From contig NC_086097.1 of NCBI RefSeq assembly GCF_963921235.1, positions 189,970,001 through 190,034,000 of the forward strand: DNA of 64,000 nt. The letters run 5' to 3'. How positions within the stretch are numbered: the stretch's first letter is position 1; each line of letters opens with the position of its first letter. The stretch is from Mobula hypostoma. Its lineage: Eukaryota. The position numbers were made by a program, and so were the translations under genes. Under the pieces are notes generated by a model that was not told the origin of the DNA, ran no database searches, and saw only the letters and a list, made by a program, of their open reading frames with translations. Positions 25,756 through 39,879 of the stretch are shown piece after piece.

Positions 25756-26469
25756 TTGGGTTTTTGGGAACTGTGCAAGTCCCATTTTAGTGCGTGATAA
25801 TGGGTGCAAACTTGACCTACGTTTTCTAGACACAAACAAGAGATCTGTGTTGCTACATTTTCTAGAAGGCATTTTTGCTGGGTTTTGTAATGGAGTGTGA
25901 GTAGTCTGACTGAGGTTAAGTGCTAAACATATTGCTCAGTTAGTACCGCAAAAAGGGTGAAATCCAATTAGTGGGCAGATGTTTCTCAATATAACTACTG
26001 GGCTGACATTTGGCTTTGCCCCAAGAAGAAACCTATATGGGCATTATAGCTCATTCTTACCAGTTTATCTTGCTATGGTTAAAGTACTGATTTCCATGTT
26101 AGAAAATACTTATAATTCTCATTTTCTCACATGATAAAATATGTAGCTGCCTGTGATAAATGGATATTAGCTACTTAATAACATTTTCTATTCAGTGATA
26201 GGCAATGTAATTCTTTGTTTATTTCACATGCTGTCAATCATGAACAGATATGTATTTTGTTGGAAAGGAAGCAACGTTTATTTTGCAACAAAATCCATAC
26301 TGTGTTATAATTGTTAGCAGAGCAGAACGTACTCATTTTAAATAAATTACAACACACATACACACACACACAGGCTGAGTAACTTGGGTGATTATTTTGC
26401 AATAGGCAACATTTGGCTTCTCAGTTTTATCAATGGGCTGACCTTTGGCTTTGCCAAACATACATAACA

Positions 26470-26810
26470 TGTGGTATGGGGAGGGCAGGGAGAGTGGATT
26501 GGAAAAGGCATTCGAATGTGGTGAGTGGAAAATGGTGAATGGTTAGTGAGAAGGAAACAGGTGTAAGGAGAGAGGGAGAGAGAGGAGAAAGATTGTGGTG
26601 AAGGGCAAATGGAAGAGAAGGGGAAGGAAGGGGAAAGAGAAGGGAGTGCGACATAAGGGATAGAAGGGGTAGAATATGAAGAAAGAGGAGAAAGGAAAGA
26701 AAAGTCATATATGCCTGTGAGAGACAGGGAGCAGGAAGTGAAAAAGTTCACTCGGAGAAAAGCAAGAGAGGGTGAATGTGGGTAATGCAGAGAGACCTGG
26801 AAAGAAAGGA
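26470..26810. repeat. GA-rich low-complexity tract; (CA)n at about 26350-26372
   Basis: Directly visible purine-rich run. Confidence 0.8.
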
Positions 26811-27094
26811 GTTGTAGGCCAGTCCAAGTTGAGCATTAATCGGATGCTTTCTGTGCCATAAGTAGATGATTTTGCAGGCAACAATTAACACTGCTGGCTA
26901 ATTCATTGATGCTTGGAGTGAGAATTTCCAGAAATCAGAATTCTGACAGTTAATGCAGAGACACCAAGTGTTTACAGTACAATGTTGGTGACATAGTAGA
27001 GAATGGGAGAGGGAAGAGATGGTGGGAGGTGGAAAGAGGTGTATGGATTGGGAGGAGGGTGTGACAGGAGAGCTTGAAGGGGAGGGAGAAGGCC

Positions 27095-28010
27095 TACGTT
27101 ATGTTAGATTGGCCCATCACTACTCGACTGTAGCAGTCACCCCAATCATCTACTTCTTCTCCTAGAGATACAAAATGGGTCATGTCTATAGGAATGTGAG
27201 ATACCATATCTCCATGAAAAGGAGGAGGCATGCAGATGGCATCCTTTGTGAGTGGCTGCATCAAGCTGCCTGATGGCCCTGGGTATGATACCACCCAGGA
27301 GTCACTATGTGATGAGTTTCTGCTTGCTGGTGTTGTGAAAGATAGAGTTGGCTATGCTGCTGAAGAATTTAGTTGGGCTGTGTCATATTCCCTGCCCTTC
27401 TTAGATTGGCTTTGCTATTAAACAGCTTTGACTCCAAGTTAGTCAGGAAGTGGTCTTCACAAGAAATCCCTAATGCCCTGTGGGAAAAGGTGTAGTGGAT
27501 CCTACTGAATGTCTTCCCAAGTCAATACCACTTAACAAAATGAAAACCTTTTCACAAAGATGCTTAGTTAGTGATGAGAAAGTATCTCCATGTGAGATCT
27601 TACACATGAAGCCAGAGACTCAGTATCACTGTGATGCCTGTGAGATGGTAGACACAGGGATAAGAAGGTGATCTGTCACTTTTTAGGAAGAAACATTTTC
27701 CAAAAAAATTTGGGAAGATGGAATATGGTCTTTGCTGGGGTCCATCCTGAAGATCTCTATTACACAGGACTCTGGTCTAAAGTTGCTCTCAGAACACGGT
27801 ACTGGGGCAAGTAACAGCTACAGCTGGGAGATTATGAACTTGATGAAAGGGACTCTTCAGTCTGCCTGAGATTCACTAGTGTCCTGCTGCAAGAAACCGT
27901 GTACAACTGGAAATTGCAGCTTGGCACATTCAGAGATGCAGAATTGTGTTGGGAAATAACGCAAAGTTTGATACAGCCATCATGGGGAAAGACGAGAGAT
28001 TATGGCCTTC
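27095..28010 (+). mobile_element. Highly degraded Tx1/L1-clade LINE 3' portion
   Basis: MASFVSGCIKL, SWAVSYSLPF, TQDS, WEIMNLMKGTL.SA, C.LAHS.MQ and WGKT remnants resemble Tx1-type C-termini. Confidence 0.6.
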
Positions 28011-29399
28011 CCATCATTGCACAAAGAGACTAGGAATTACATAAAGATTTGTCAGATATCTAGTTCATGAAATGATAAGCACAAGAGATTCTGCAGATGC
28101 TGGAAATCCAGCATTAAGCTTGCAGCGTGTGTAGCTCATAAAATGCATGTGAAGGAAAAAACAGATGCCATGCTGATATAGTGTGAATCTTGTCAACAAA
28201 TGGCTTGACATATCTTGTAACTCAGATGCTGGTATACAAAACTCACTGTATTATGCATTTCAAATCTTATGAAACTGTTTTGTGAAAATAAATTTTCATT
28301 GTATAAGAATACCGACATAACAACCCACACAAAGTAAGGCTTGATGCGTCAATTCACATAGATACCAGCGTTACGTTAAATTGCAAAGAATATGAGTGGA
28401 CATAAGATCAACCTGGCAATATGGAAAATGAGCAGAGAGCAATGACATTAAATTCTTTGGATCAAGTAGTAAGAGAGAGAAAATGATTTTCTTTTAAACA
28501 AAATAATTAGTCAAGCATACTGTACACGAGCTAAAGAATGCCTCGAGCACTGTATCACAGAAAACAGCGGTGCTATGTTTTGAGATATCACTGAACTTAA
28601 TTAACAACTAGACATCTGTTTTGCTTGTTGCTGATTGCTTCTTTGCTTGCAATCTGTAAACTATAATGGTCAAGTATTAATTTACCAAACAACTGGTCAC
28701 AGAGTTTTTGTATACAAGTAAATGATATACATTTCGGCACAACATCAATCACATTGTACTTTGTAATATCCAAGCAAATTAGCAATTTCACATCAGGGTT
28801 TTAAATACAAAACTGAAACTAATCAGTTACCTCTCCATTCAAACCTGACTTGACACTGAACTGAAACATTAGCAGTTGAATGATAAGTACATGTAAATTT
28901 CAGAAGTGAAGTTTAAGGCTGATCATCAAATTTCCAACTCATACAAAGGCAGGATGCCAAAATTAAACTTTCACTAAATTAAATCAGATGTCTTCCAGGT
29001 ATCTCTGCATTGCTACAATGCAGAAGCTCAATTTACATATGGGATTTAATTTTTCATGTAATAAGTTCTGGTGCACAGACAGCTTAAGATACTCTTATTA
29101 TCTGAGGAGAACCACTTCAGTGCTACTTAGGCAATGTAAAAAGGAAGCATCCTGAGGACATGCTTACAGACTAAGGAAGTAAAAGTTCTTTCTTTTACTC
29201 TTTAGGCCACTTAAATAAATCATCCAAAAAATGGCTGATAGCTCAAATGGGAGAAAATTGCTTTGGTCTGATAATTGTCAATTCAAAGAATGAAGAACGT
29301 TTTTATTCATAAAGCAGAAGGCAGCACTTTAAAGTAGATATGCAAATGTTTGGGATTAGTTGGTAAATCACCATTCAAATTTAATACTGAGTGTTCCTT

Positions 29400-29790
29400 T
29401 AACATTCAGCCCATAGCACCTTCTCAGATAGTCAGTCAGATCACAGCTGATCTCCTAACTCGGTACCAAGTTCACACAATAATCCCATGACTCATGATTC
29501 ACTCCGTTTCTAAAATTCTACTGTTTTCAATCTTGAAGACGCTCAGTCAGGTAAAAAATTCAAGAAATTCATTAATCTCTGGGTAAAGAAGTTTCTTCTC
29601 ATATTTATTCCTAATTGCCAAGCACTTATTTAGAGATTGTAGCCTATATTTTTAGATGCAAAAGCAAAGGAAAACACCAGTTCTGCATCTACTCTGCCCA
29701 GCCCTTCTTCATGACTACATAAAGCCAATTTAAGCAATATCTCATAATATGCCAAAACCAGCATCACAGGAATCAATCTGGGTAAACCTG
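29400..29790 (-). mobile_element. Old CR1 3' fragment
   Basis: ctctgggtaaagaagtttcttctcat and tctgcatctactctg patterns. Confidence 0.65.
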
Positions 29791-30218
29791 GTACTTATAC
29801 ACGTCACAGAGGATCTCGCCTAGACTGTACATGTCGGCTGTGTGGCGAAAAAAGCACAACAGTGCCTCTTTCACCTCAGATGGCTAAAGAAGCTTGGCAT
29901 GAGCCCCCAGATCCTCAGGATTTTCATCGAGAACATCCTGACTGGCTGTGTCATCACCTGGTATGGGAACTATACCCTCAATCCCAGCGCACTGCAGAGA
30001 GTGGTGTGGCCAGGCCAGCGTAACTGTAGATGTGAACTATCCTCTATTCAGGATATTTACAGCAGCAGGTGCGTAAAAAGGGACTGGAGGATCATCAGAG
30101 CCTCCAGCCAACCAATGACAAACTGCTTCAGTTGCTTGTGTCTGCCAAATGGAACCACAGGACCAAACAGACTCCAGGACAGCTTCTTTCACCAGGCCAT
30201 CAGATTGACCAATAAACA

Positions 30219-33101
30219 ACACCTCAGGACATATTCCAAACCCGGACTCCAGCAACGACCATGGAGACATTCAAAGCGATCGCGCAACCACCAACTGCGA
30301 CTCCAGCCTTGAACTCCAGGCCGGGTCTTTATGTGCTGCTGTTGTGACTCCCGTCTCCCCTTCCCCCACCACCACTCCGCAGCCCCGTCTTCCTCAGATC
30401 CCACCGTCAACTCCTGGGCCCTCAGAGGCTCCATCTTCCTCTCACCCCAACCCTCCCCTCTCCATTGACACCCCCAGCCTCCCCCCTCCCCCCTCTGATC
30501 CCAGCTCTCATCCGTGCCGGGTCTTTACCATCCCCTCCGACCTTCAACTGTCGGAGGCAGAACGCTCTGTTCTCAGTAAGGGCCTCACGTTTGTCCCCCT
30601 TCGCCCACACCTCAGCGAGTTCCGTGTTCGCCACGATGCGGAACTTTTCTTCCGCCGTCTCCGTCTCCGAGCCTACTTCTTCGGCAAGGACTCTTCCACC
30701 CCCACCGATGACCCCTTCTCCCGTCTTCATCCCTCCTCTTCTTCATGGACACCCCGCTCTGGTCTTCTGCCTGCTCTGGATCTCTTTATTGCCAACTGCC
30801 GACGGGACATCAACCGTCTCGACTTCACCGCACCTTGTCCCCATTCCAACCTCACTCCTTCGGAACGCTCTGCTCTCCACTCCCTCCGCACTAATCCTAA
30901 CATTATTATTAAACCCGCTGATAAGGGGGGTGCTGTTGTAGTCTGGCGTACTGACCTCTACCTTGCCGAGGCGCAGCGACAACTCGCGGATACCTCCTCT
31001 TATTTACCCCTCGATCGTGACCCCACTAAGGAGCACCAGGCCATTGTCTCCCACACTATCAACGACTTTATCCGCTCAGGGGATCTCCCATCCACTGCTA
31101 CCAACCTTATAGTTCCCACACCCCGCACTTCCCGTTTCTACCTCCTACCCAAGATCCACAAACCTGCCTGTCCTGGCCGACCTATTGTCTCAGCTTGCTC
31201 CTGCCCCACCGAACTCGTTTCTGCATACCTCGACACTGTTTTATCACCCCTTGTTCAATCCCTTCCGACCTATGTTCGTGACACTTCTCACGCTCTTAAA
31301 CTTTTCGATGATTTTAAGTTCCCTGGCCCCCACCGCTTTATTTTCACCTTGGATGTCCAGTCCCTATATACTTCCATCCCCCATCAGGAAGGTCTCAAAG
31401 CTCTACGCTTCTTTTTGGATTCCAGACCTAATCAGTTCCCCTCTACCACCACTCTGCTCCGTCTAGCAGAATTAGTCCTTACTCTTAATAATTTCTCCTT
31501 TTGCTCCTCCCATTTCCTCCAAACTAAAGGTGTAGCTATGGGCACCCGTATGGGTCCTAGCTATGCCTGCCTTTTTGTTGGGTTTGTGGAACAATCTATG
31601 TTCCGTGCCTATTCTGGTCTCTGTCCCCCACTTTTCCTTCGCTACATCGACGACTGCATTGGCGCTGCTTCCTGCATGCATGCAGAACTCGTTGACTTTA
31701 TTAACTTTGCCTCCAACTTTCACCCTGCCCTCAAGTTTACCTGGTCCATTTCTGACACCTCCCTCCCCTTTCTAGATCTTTCTGTCTCTGTCTCTGGAGA
31801 CAGCTTATCCACTGATGTCTACTATAAGCCTACTGACTCTCACAACTAACTGGACTATTCCTCTTCTCACCCTGTCTCTTGCAAAAACGCCATCCCCTTC
31901 TCGCAATTCCTCCGTCTCCGCCGCATCTGCTCTCAGGATGAGGCTTTTCATTCTAGGACGAGGGAGATGTCTTCATTTTTTAAAGAAAGGGGCTTCCCTT
32001 CCTCCACTATCAACTCTGCTCTTAAACGCATCTCCCCCATTTCACGTACATCTGCTCTCACTCCATCCTCCCACCACCCCACTAGGAATAGGGTTCCCCT
32101 GGTCCTCACCTACCACCCCACTAGCCTCCGGGTCCAACATATTATTCTCCGTAACTTCCGCCACCTCCAACGGGATCCCACCACTAAGCATATCTTTCCC
32201 TCCCCCCCTCTCTCTGCATTCCGCAGGGATCGCTCCCTACACAACTCCCTTGTCCATTCGTCCCCCCCATCCCTCCCCACTGATCTCCCTCCTGGCACTT
32301 ATCCGTGTAAGCGGAACAAGTGCTACACATGCCCTTACACTTCCTCCCTTACCACCATTCAGGGCCCCAAACAGTCCTTCCAGGTGAGGCATCACTTCAC
32401 CTGTGAGTCGACTGGGGTGATATACTGCGTCCGGTGCTCCCGATGTGGCCTTTTATATATTGGTGAGACCCGACGCAGACTGGGAGACCGCTTTGCTGAA
32501 CATCTACGCTCTGTCCGCCAGAGAAAGCAGGATCTCCCAGTGGCCACACATTTTAATTCCACATCCCATTCCCATTCTGACATGTCTATCCACGGCCTCC
32601 TCTACTGTAAAGATGAAGCCACACTCAGGTTGGAGGAACAACACCTTATATTCTGTATGGGTAGCCTCCAACCTGATGGCATGAACATTGACTTCTCTAA
32701 CTTCCGCTAGGCCCCACCTCCCCCTCGTACCCCATCTGTTACTCTTTTTAATGCACACATTCTTTCTCTCACTCTCCTTTTTCTCCCTCTGTCCCTCTGA
32801 ATATACCTCTTGCCCATCCTCTGGATCACCCCCCCCCGTCTTTCTTCCCGGACCTCCTGTCCCATGATCCTCTCGTATCCCCTTTCGCCAATCACCTGTC
32901 CAGCTCTCGGCTCCATCCCTCCCCCTCCTGTCTTCTCCTATCATTTTGCATCTCCCCCTCCCCCTCCAGCTTTCAAATCCCTTACTCACTCTTCCTTCAG
33001 TTAGTCCTGACGAAGGGTCTCGGCCTGAAACATCGACTGCACCTCTTTCTATAGATGCTGCTTGGCCTGCTGCGTTCACCAGCAACTTTGATGTGTGTTG
33101 G
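30219..33101 (+). mobile_element. Young Penelope-like element, near-intact RT + GIY-YIG ORF, 14-bp TSD
   Basis: KPADKGG, LPKIHK, LDVQSLYT, GVAMG, RYIDD and YCVRCSRCGLLYIGET. A single in-frame TAA at 31847-31849; the frame stays open to 32710. TSD TTGACCAATAAACA at 30205-30218 and 33102-33115. Confidence 0.96.
33003..33038 (+). ncRNA. Minimal type I hammerhead ribozyme motif (AUC variant)
   Basis: AGTC-CTGACGA-AGGGTCTCGGCCT-GAAAC-ATC-GACT. Confidence 0.75.
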
Positions 33102-33379
33102 TTGACCAATAAACATTGATCTGATTGCATAGCTGACTGTACTTACATGTATACAAAACAATTATGTATAAAATCTTAGTGTTTGGGCAATATCCTCACA
33201 CATTTCCCTTCCTTATTGCTTGTGCATAGCGACAGAGATGCAACATAAAGATTTTTACTCCCTCATGTTGTGAAATGGATGTAAGAAATAAAAGTCTAAT
33301 TCTAATTCTAATTCTTAAAATGTTGAGTTTTAGCAACCTAAAGCAAGGTGAAAGTATTTTAAATTTATTTAGTACCTTA

Positions 33380-34265
33380 TAGGCCCCTCCAATGCCACCC
33401 TCAAATTTGCTGATGACACACTCTGTTGGATGAATTACAGGTGGTGATGAGCCAGCATGCCAAAGTGAATTCAGTCACCTGGTTGAGTGGCGCTACAACA
33501 AGAATCTCTCACTCAATGTCAGCAAAACAGCTAATTGTTGTCTTCATGGAGCAGAAGGAAGGAGAACATGTGCCATTCTGCATGGTTGATCAGTGCTGGA
33601 GAGAGAGACAGCTGCTTTAATTTCGCGGGTGTTAATATAGTGGAAGACCTGTACTTGGCTCAATACATAGATGCAATTATAAGGAAAACATGCCAGTGTC
33701 TTCATTTTCTTCAGAGAGTAAAGAGGCTCAGTTTGTCACTGAACACTCTAACAACCTTCCACAGCAATTTTAATGCACAGGAACGTAAGAAGCTGCAGAG
33801 AGTAATGGAATCTACCCAATACATCACAAGCACATCACTTCCCACCATTGATACTCTTGACAGAAGGCATTGCCTCATAAAGGAAACATCTACTACCAAA
33901 GAACACCACCATCAAGATCATGTCATCCTTTTGCAACTACCATTGGGCAGGAGGTACTGAAGCCTGAACCCCTACAGCACCTGTTTCAAGAACAGATACT
34001 TCCTCTTAAACATTTTTTCTTCTTGAACCAACCAAATCAACCTTAATTACTACGGTTTAGCAACCCTATGCTCATTTCACACTAAAATCGTTTTTTATTT
34101 TGTTCTAATTGTGTTTTCTTGTAAAAATTGTATATATTTTGTTTATTTTATGTTTTTTTATTGTGAATGCTGCTTATATGATGCCTATGATGCTGCTGTA
34201 AGTTAGTTTTTCATTACACTGTGCATACATGTGATTGTGCACGTGACAATAAACTTGACTTTGAT
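33380..34265 (+). mobile_element. Degraded Rex1/Babar fragment
   Basis: KFADDT, RKTCQCLHFLQR, LQRVM..LPLGRRY; tail aataaacttgactttga. Confidence 0.8.
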
Positions 34266-34317
34266 GTTATCCCAGGATACCTTGAAACATATTACTATCA
34301 AATAGTTTTATGCAAAG

Positions 34318-34475
34318 TGCAGCCATTAAGAGAAATTTGGATAGCTACATGGATGAGAGCGATATGGAGGCCTATGGTCAGGGTGCAGGTCAATGGATCT
34401 AGGCAGAATAATGGTTTGGCACAGACTAGATAGGTTGAAGGGCCTGGTTCTGTGCTCCAGTGCTCTATGACTCTG
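34318..34475 (+). mobile_element. Short CR1 3' end
   Basis: ttggatagctacatggat..ggcctggttctgtgct..ctctatgactct. Confidence 0.7.
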
Positions 34476-36796
34476 TTGTTTTGTGATAGATTTTCCAGTA
34501 GGTTTTGCTGTAGATGGTGAATGATCTTAATACCTTGTGGAAGTGCTTGGCTGAAGGAGTGAGGTTGAATTGAACATAGAGATATGTCCTTGTTCTTCTT
34601 TCTGTATCCTGAAGTCATTAATAAAGCAGTTAAAATAATCAATTCAGAATCAGATGTTGAAAATCAGAATTCTGCTGATGCTGAAAATCTAAAAGAATAA
34701 CAAAAAATGCTCTAAGTTCTCCAAAGATTAATAGAAAACGCTCTAAGTACTCCACAGATCAGGCAGTGCCTGTGGAAAGAGAAACAGAGTTAATGTTTCT
34801 TCAGCAGACTTATGACTAGGAATGATATTGGCTGGGAAATCTTGATCTTTGTTGGTCTTCAACAATGGTAGCTATCTTCAGTTGTGCATGGAAAGACCTT
34901 TGAAGATCGAACATATTTCATTCAGGTCAGCTCTCTCTTCTCAGATTCCTTCAAAGTCCAGCAGATACAAGTCCAGCCTATCCAATCTTTCCATCACTGG
35001 AATCTGAATGACTGGAATTATTCAGAGTAGGAACATTTAGTGGCACTTGCAGGTTTCTGTGCACACTTCATTCTTTGATGGGTAACATTGCTAACTTGTT
35101 TATTGTAATATATTTTTGACTTTTAATTTTGGATGTAATAAAAATGGGTCAGTATCCTACAAAAACATATTACAATATTTTATCACAGCCCATAAATGTG
35201 AGAGACTAGATTGCCTTTTGGGGCCATAGATCCTACATCATAACATGCAGTTTGCAATATATTTATGACTTTTATATATGACTATAGGCTGTGTAAATTA
35301 GAAAAAAATGGATATTCTTCTATTACCCTTTTTGTCATAAGGCCAGGATTGCTGAATTCTTACATTTCTAACACAGCCAAATTCCTTCAAAATTCATACA
35401 TCAATTACTAGGTAGAAGAGGCATCATTCATCCAGGAGTTCATAATATTCTTTAAGTTTAATAACTTCCAGGATAACATCTATATTCAAATTTTAAAATA
35501 TTGAAAGGAAAGAGCAAATGGAAGCTTTGTCCTTTCAATGCAATTTGGAGAATTAGACCGTAGATTGAAACCAGTCCACCTGAGTCACGAATTATTTTCC
35601 AGCCACTTTGCCAGATTCTGTCAAAATGGCTGCATAAATTTGTCTCTATTATTTTGGTTAGCAGCTAAAATTTCCCAGGAAATACATCAAGAAGCTTATT
35701 TTCATAACACTGCAAACAGTCATTAATCCTACCTGTGTATCTTTGCTGTTTTAAGGGAACATGCAATCTCTACACAGACAACACCCAAAGTTAGGATCGT
35801 CAACACTAGAGCTGTGTGTTGGCAATGAGAATCACTAAACTCAAAGCTATAGTGAAACTGCCTACAATACTGCAATGTTTTAAGTCATCTTGGCTGTTCT
35901 GTGAATAACATTTTCATTTTACCTGTGTGAACAGTGCACTGAATTGACTGCATTGAAGTAATGTTCATGATCCTGTTATTGTATACCTTTATCAGTCTGA
36001 ACTGCTGGACTGCATGGGTATGACATCTTTCTGGTCCACCCCTCTGAAATCCACATCACATATCTCCTCTTTTCACAGGTTCACCATCTCCAGAGAGCAT
36101 CACTGGCAGGCTACTGTGTAATTTTGTTCATTGATGGCACAAAACCCTGAATGATGGTTTGTTTCAAGGGAACATTATATGTTACTTCTGAGTCAAGTTG
36201 AAATGTCATTTATTGCCTTTGCACCAATATCTTCCTTCAGATACGTCTAGTATGTGCTCCTTTCACACAGAATTGGCAACAGACACACAGTGTTTGCCTA
36301 CTATTCTGAATCTGAATCTAGTTCTGTCACAACATGGTTTGGCTGTCTGCTCCCCGGAGTTTCAGTGACCACTGTATCAGTCATTATGGATAGAGATTAT
36401 TTCCCATTCCACAGATTGTTTCAATACTTTGGTCTCTTCTTTTTCAACAAATCTTGCAACATCAAAATCTCTTTGACTGTATATTCTCTGTCCTGTCTGT
36501 TGCCTTGTGCTTCACCGCCTTTTGTTGTCATCTAACATTTCTCCCTGGCTTTGGATAGCTCCACAGATATGCATACCTATACGTAGCTTTCAGACTCATG
36601 AATTCCACAAATGATCTGATCTCCTTTGATGGGAACCCTTTATCACCAAACATTTTCAGCATTACACAGGATGAAGAAGCAGTTATGAGTTTTCCTATTT
36701 CTATGCAATGCTTAATCCGGTATCAGAAGTCCCTGGTTGACAACGTGTGATGGTCAGTTATTATATATGGTGGATTCCAGTTAATTGGGACATATT

Positions 36797-38232
36797 GACC
36801 ATAAGACCATAAGACAAAGGAGCAGAAGTCGGCGATTCGGCCCATCGAATCTGCTCTGCCATTTTATCATGAGCTGATCCATTCTCCCATTTAGTCCCAT
36901 TCCCCTGCCTTCTCACCATAACCTTTGATGCCCTGGCTATTCAGATACCTATCAATCTCTGCCTTAAATACACCTAATGACTTGACTTCCACTGCTGCCT
37001 GTAGCAACAAATTCCACAGATTCACCACTCTCTGGCTAAAAAAATTTCTTCGCATCTCTGTTCTGAATGGGCGCCCTTCAATCCTTAAGTCATGTCCTCT
37101 CGTACTAGACTCCCCAATCATGGGAAACAACTTTGCCACATCCACTCTGTCCATGCCTTTCAACATTCAAAATGTTTCTATGAGGTCCCGCCCCATTCTT
37201 CTAAACTCCAACGAGTATAGTCCAAGAGCGGTCAAATGTTCCTCATATGTTAACCCTCTCATTCCCGGAATTATTCTAGTGAATCTTCTCTGAACCCTCT
37301 CCAACGTCAACACATCTTTTCTTAAATAAGGAGCCCAAAACTGTACACAGTACTCCAAGTGAGGTCTTACCAGTGCCTTATAGAGCCTCAACGTTACATC
37401 CCTGCTCCTATACTCGATTCCTCTAGAAATGAATGCCTACATTGCATTCACCTTCTTCATTACCGACTCAGCTTGGAGGTTAACCCTAAGGGTATCCTGT
37501 ACGAGGACTCCCAAGTCCCGTTGCATCTCAGAACTTTGAATTCTCTCCCCATTTAAATAATAGTCTACTTATTTATTTCTTCTACCAAAGTGTATAACCA
37601 CACACTTTCCAACATTGCATTTCATTTGCCACTTCTTTGCCCATTCTCCCAATCTATCCAAGTCTCTCTGCGGACTCTCTGTTTCCTCAGCACTACCGGC
37701 CCCTCCACCTATCTTTGTATCAGCAGCAAACTTAGCCACAAAACCATCTATTTCATAATCCAAATCGTTGATGTACAATGTAAAAAGAAGCGACCCCAAC
37801 ACGGACTCCTGTGGAACACCATTGGCAGCCGGCAGCCAACCAGAATAGGATCCCTTTATTCCCACTCCTTGTTTCCTGCCAATCAGCCAACGCTCTATCC
37901 ACATATGTAACTTTCCCATAATTCCATGGGCTCTTATCTTGTTAAGCAGCCTCATGTGCGGCACCTTGTCAAAGGCCTTCTGAAAATCCAAATACACAAC
38001 ATCCACTGCATCTCCCTTGTCTAGCCTACTTGTAATTTCCTCAAAAAATTGCAATAGGTTTGTCAGGCAGGATTTTCCTTTAAGGAAACCATGCTGAGTT
38101 CTGCCTATCTTGTTATACGCCTCCAGGTACTCTGTAACCTCATCCTTGACAATCGACTCCAACAACTTCCCAACCACCAATGTCAAGCTAAAAGGTCTAT
38201 AATTTCCTTTTTGCTTCCTTGCCCCCTTCTTA
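36797..38232 (-). mobile_element. 5'-truncated CR1 (young subfamily)
   Basis: RT ORF 37569-38232 and C-terminal ORFs; tail gaccataagaccataagac. Confidence 0.95.
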
Positions 38233-38340
38233 TTGGGACCACTATATTTCAGCTTTTTTACGTGGCTGCCCCAACTTGCCAAAGTTTCATGTAAATAGTT
38301 TAAAAAAGACAAACTCCATATAGCTGAGTCTTTCTCCATT

Positions 38341-39000
38341 TGAAGAAAGCTAATGGCATGTTGGCCTTCATAACAAGGGGAGTTGAGTATAGGAGCAAAG
38401 AGGTCCTTCTGCAGCTGTACAGGGCCCTGGTGAGACCACACCTGGAGTATTATGTACAGTTTTGGTCTCCAGATTTGAGGAAGGACATTCTAGCTATTGA
38501 GGGAGTGCAGCGTAGGTTCACAAGGTTAATTCCCGGGATGGTGGGACTGTCATATGTTGAAAGATTGGAGCAACTGGGTTGTATACACTGGAATTTAGAA
38601 GGATGAGAGGGGATCTGACTGAAACATGTAAGATTATTAAGGGATTGGACACGCTAGAGGCAGGAAACATGTTCCCGATGTTGGGGGAGTCCAGAACCAG
38701 AGGCCAGACTTTAAGAATAAGGGGTAGACAATTTAGAACGGAGTTGAGGAAAAACTTTTTCACACAGAGGGTTGTGGTTCTGTGGAATGCTCTGCCTCAG
38801 AAGGCAGTGGAGGCCAATTTTCTGGATTCTTTCAAGAAAGAATTAGATAGAGTTCTTAAAGATAGCGGAGTGAAGGGATATGGTGAGAAGGCAGGAAAAG
38901 GATACTGATCGTGGATGATCAGCCATGATCACAGTGAACGGTGGTGCTGGCTCGAAGGGCTGAATGGCCTACTCCTGCACCTATTGTCTATTGTCTATTG
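38341..39000 (+). mobile_element. 5'-truncated CR1 (different subfamily)
   Basis: KKANGMLAFI..LVRPHLEY..FFTQRVV.LWNALP; (TATTGTC)n tail. Confidence 0.95.
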
Positions 39001-39879
39001 AATCGCAAATTAGGTGTTTAAATGAAATATGGAACAAATTAGAACACAACCAATATTACTATAGTGTTATAAAACTGTGCATTCATTCCTAATTGTTATC
39101 AATGGACGAATTTTATATGCTGTATGCTGCCGTGTTCCTTTGATTGACTGTAAATGAACAAAATCAGCACAGCCACCTAGTGGAGAGAATGGATAGCTTT
39201 CATTGTCTTCCTGAGTCAAAAAATCACTGATTTTAGTTCAGTGTCAGTCGGCCCAAATGAATAACTGAATAACATAATACAAGCGTATGCAATGACACCA
39301 TTTAAAAACTGTTCACTCTGAGCACGATGTAGTGTTTAATGGCCACACTAGTGCACACGACTGAGGTTAGTTACAAACTGTTGCATCCTCCAAATCTTCA
39401 TTTTTGTTGTAACATTCAAGATGATTGTTGATACCTTCAAATTCCTCATAGTTCCTAACTTGCTGAAGTTGTGAAATTGTTTCATTTTCACTCCTGGCCA
39501 TTTAAAACCACAGTTAGCAAAACTGTTTTGTTTTACTGCTTATTTGTCACCAACTATCGGCGACAAAAGTCACTACTTTTTGAACATAAACACATGCAAC
39601 TGGCACTACTTAAAACTATTTGTTTGGTTTAAGCACAATGTAGTGTCTAAAGGCCCAACAAGTAAATGTAACTGATGCTATTTAGAAACTGTTTGGCAAC
39701 AGTGTCTTGTCCCAATTAAGCTGCATTGTGTCCCAATTGAATGAAGGAAATCCCAGCTAGTTTCTCAACTAACTTTAGTTCTTTAAGAGTTGTCCCAAAG
39801 AAGTGGCTGCCCCCATTAATTGATGGCCCAATTAACTGGAATCCACTGTATTTGCCAATTTTCAGACACTAGCTGACAA

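Larger units (their letters stand above)
29800..33315 (+). mobile_element. Rex1/Babar 3' fragment, split by the Penelope at 30219-33101
   Basis: KKAQQCLFHLRWLKKLGMSPQIL..LQRVV..DSFFHQAIRL; the 3'UTR resumes after the TSD; (TCTAAT)n tail at about 33296-33315. Confidence 0.85.
36768..39848. mobile_element. TA-flanked non-autonomous DNA transposon (pogo/Tigger-like) carrying two CR1 insertions
   Basis: 20-bp inverted repeat GTGGATTCCAGTTAATTGGG at 36770-36789 and 39827-39846, TA at both ends, internal direct repeats of about 100 bp (about 39290-39385 and 39590-39700). Confidence 0.82.

Noticed and set aside
26392..26751. Ser/Pro/Leu-rich ORFs
   Set aside because: Artefact of a GA/TC low-complexity tract.
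36797..39000. Tail-outward CR1 pair as a single event
   Set aside because: Different subfamilies separated by about 108 bp of host MITE sequence; two independent insertions are simpler.
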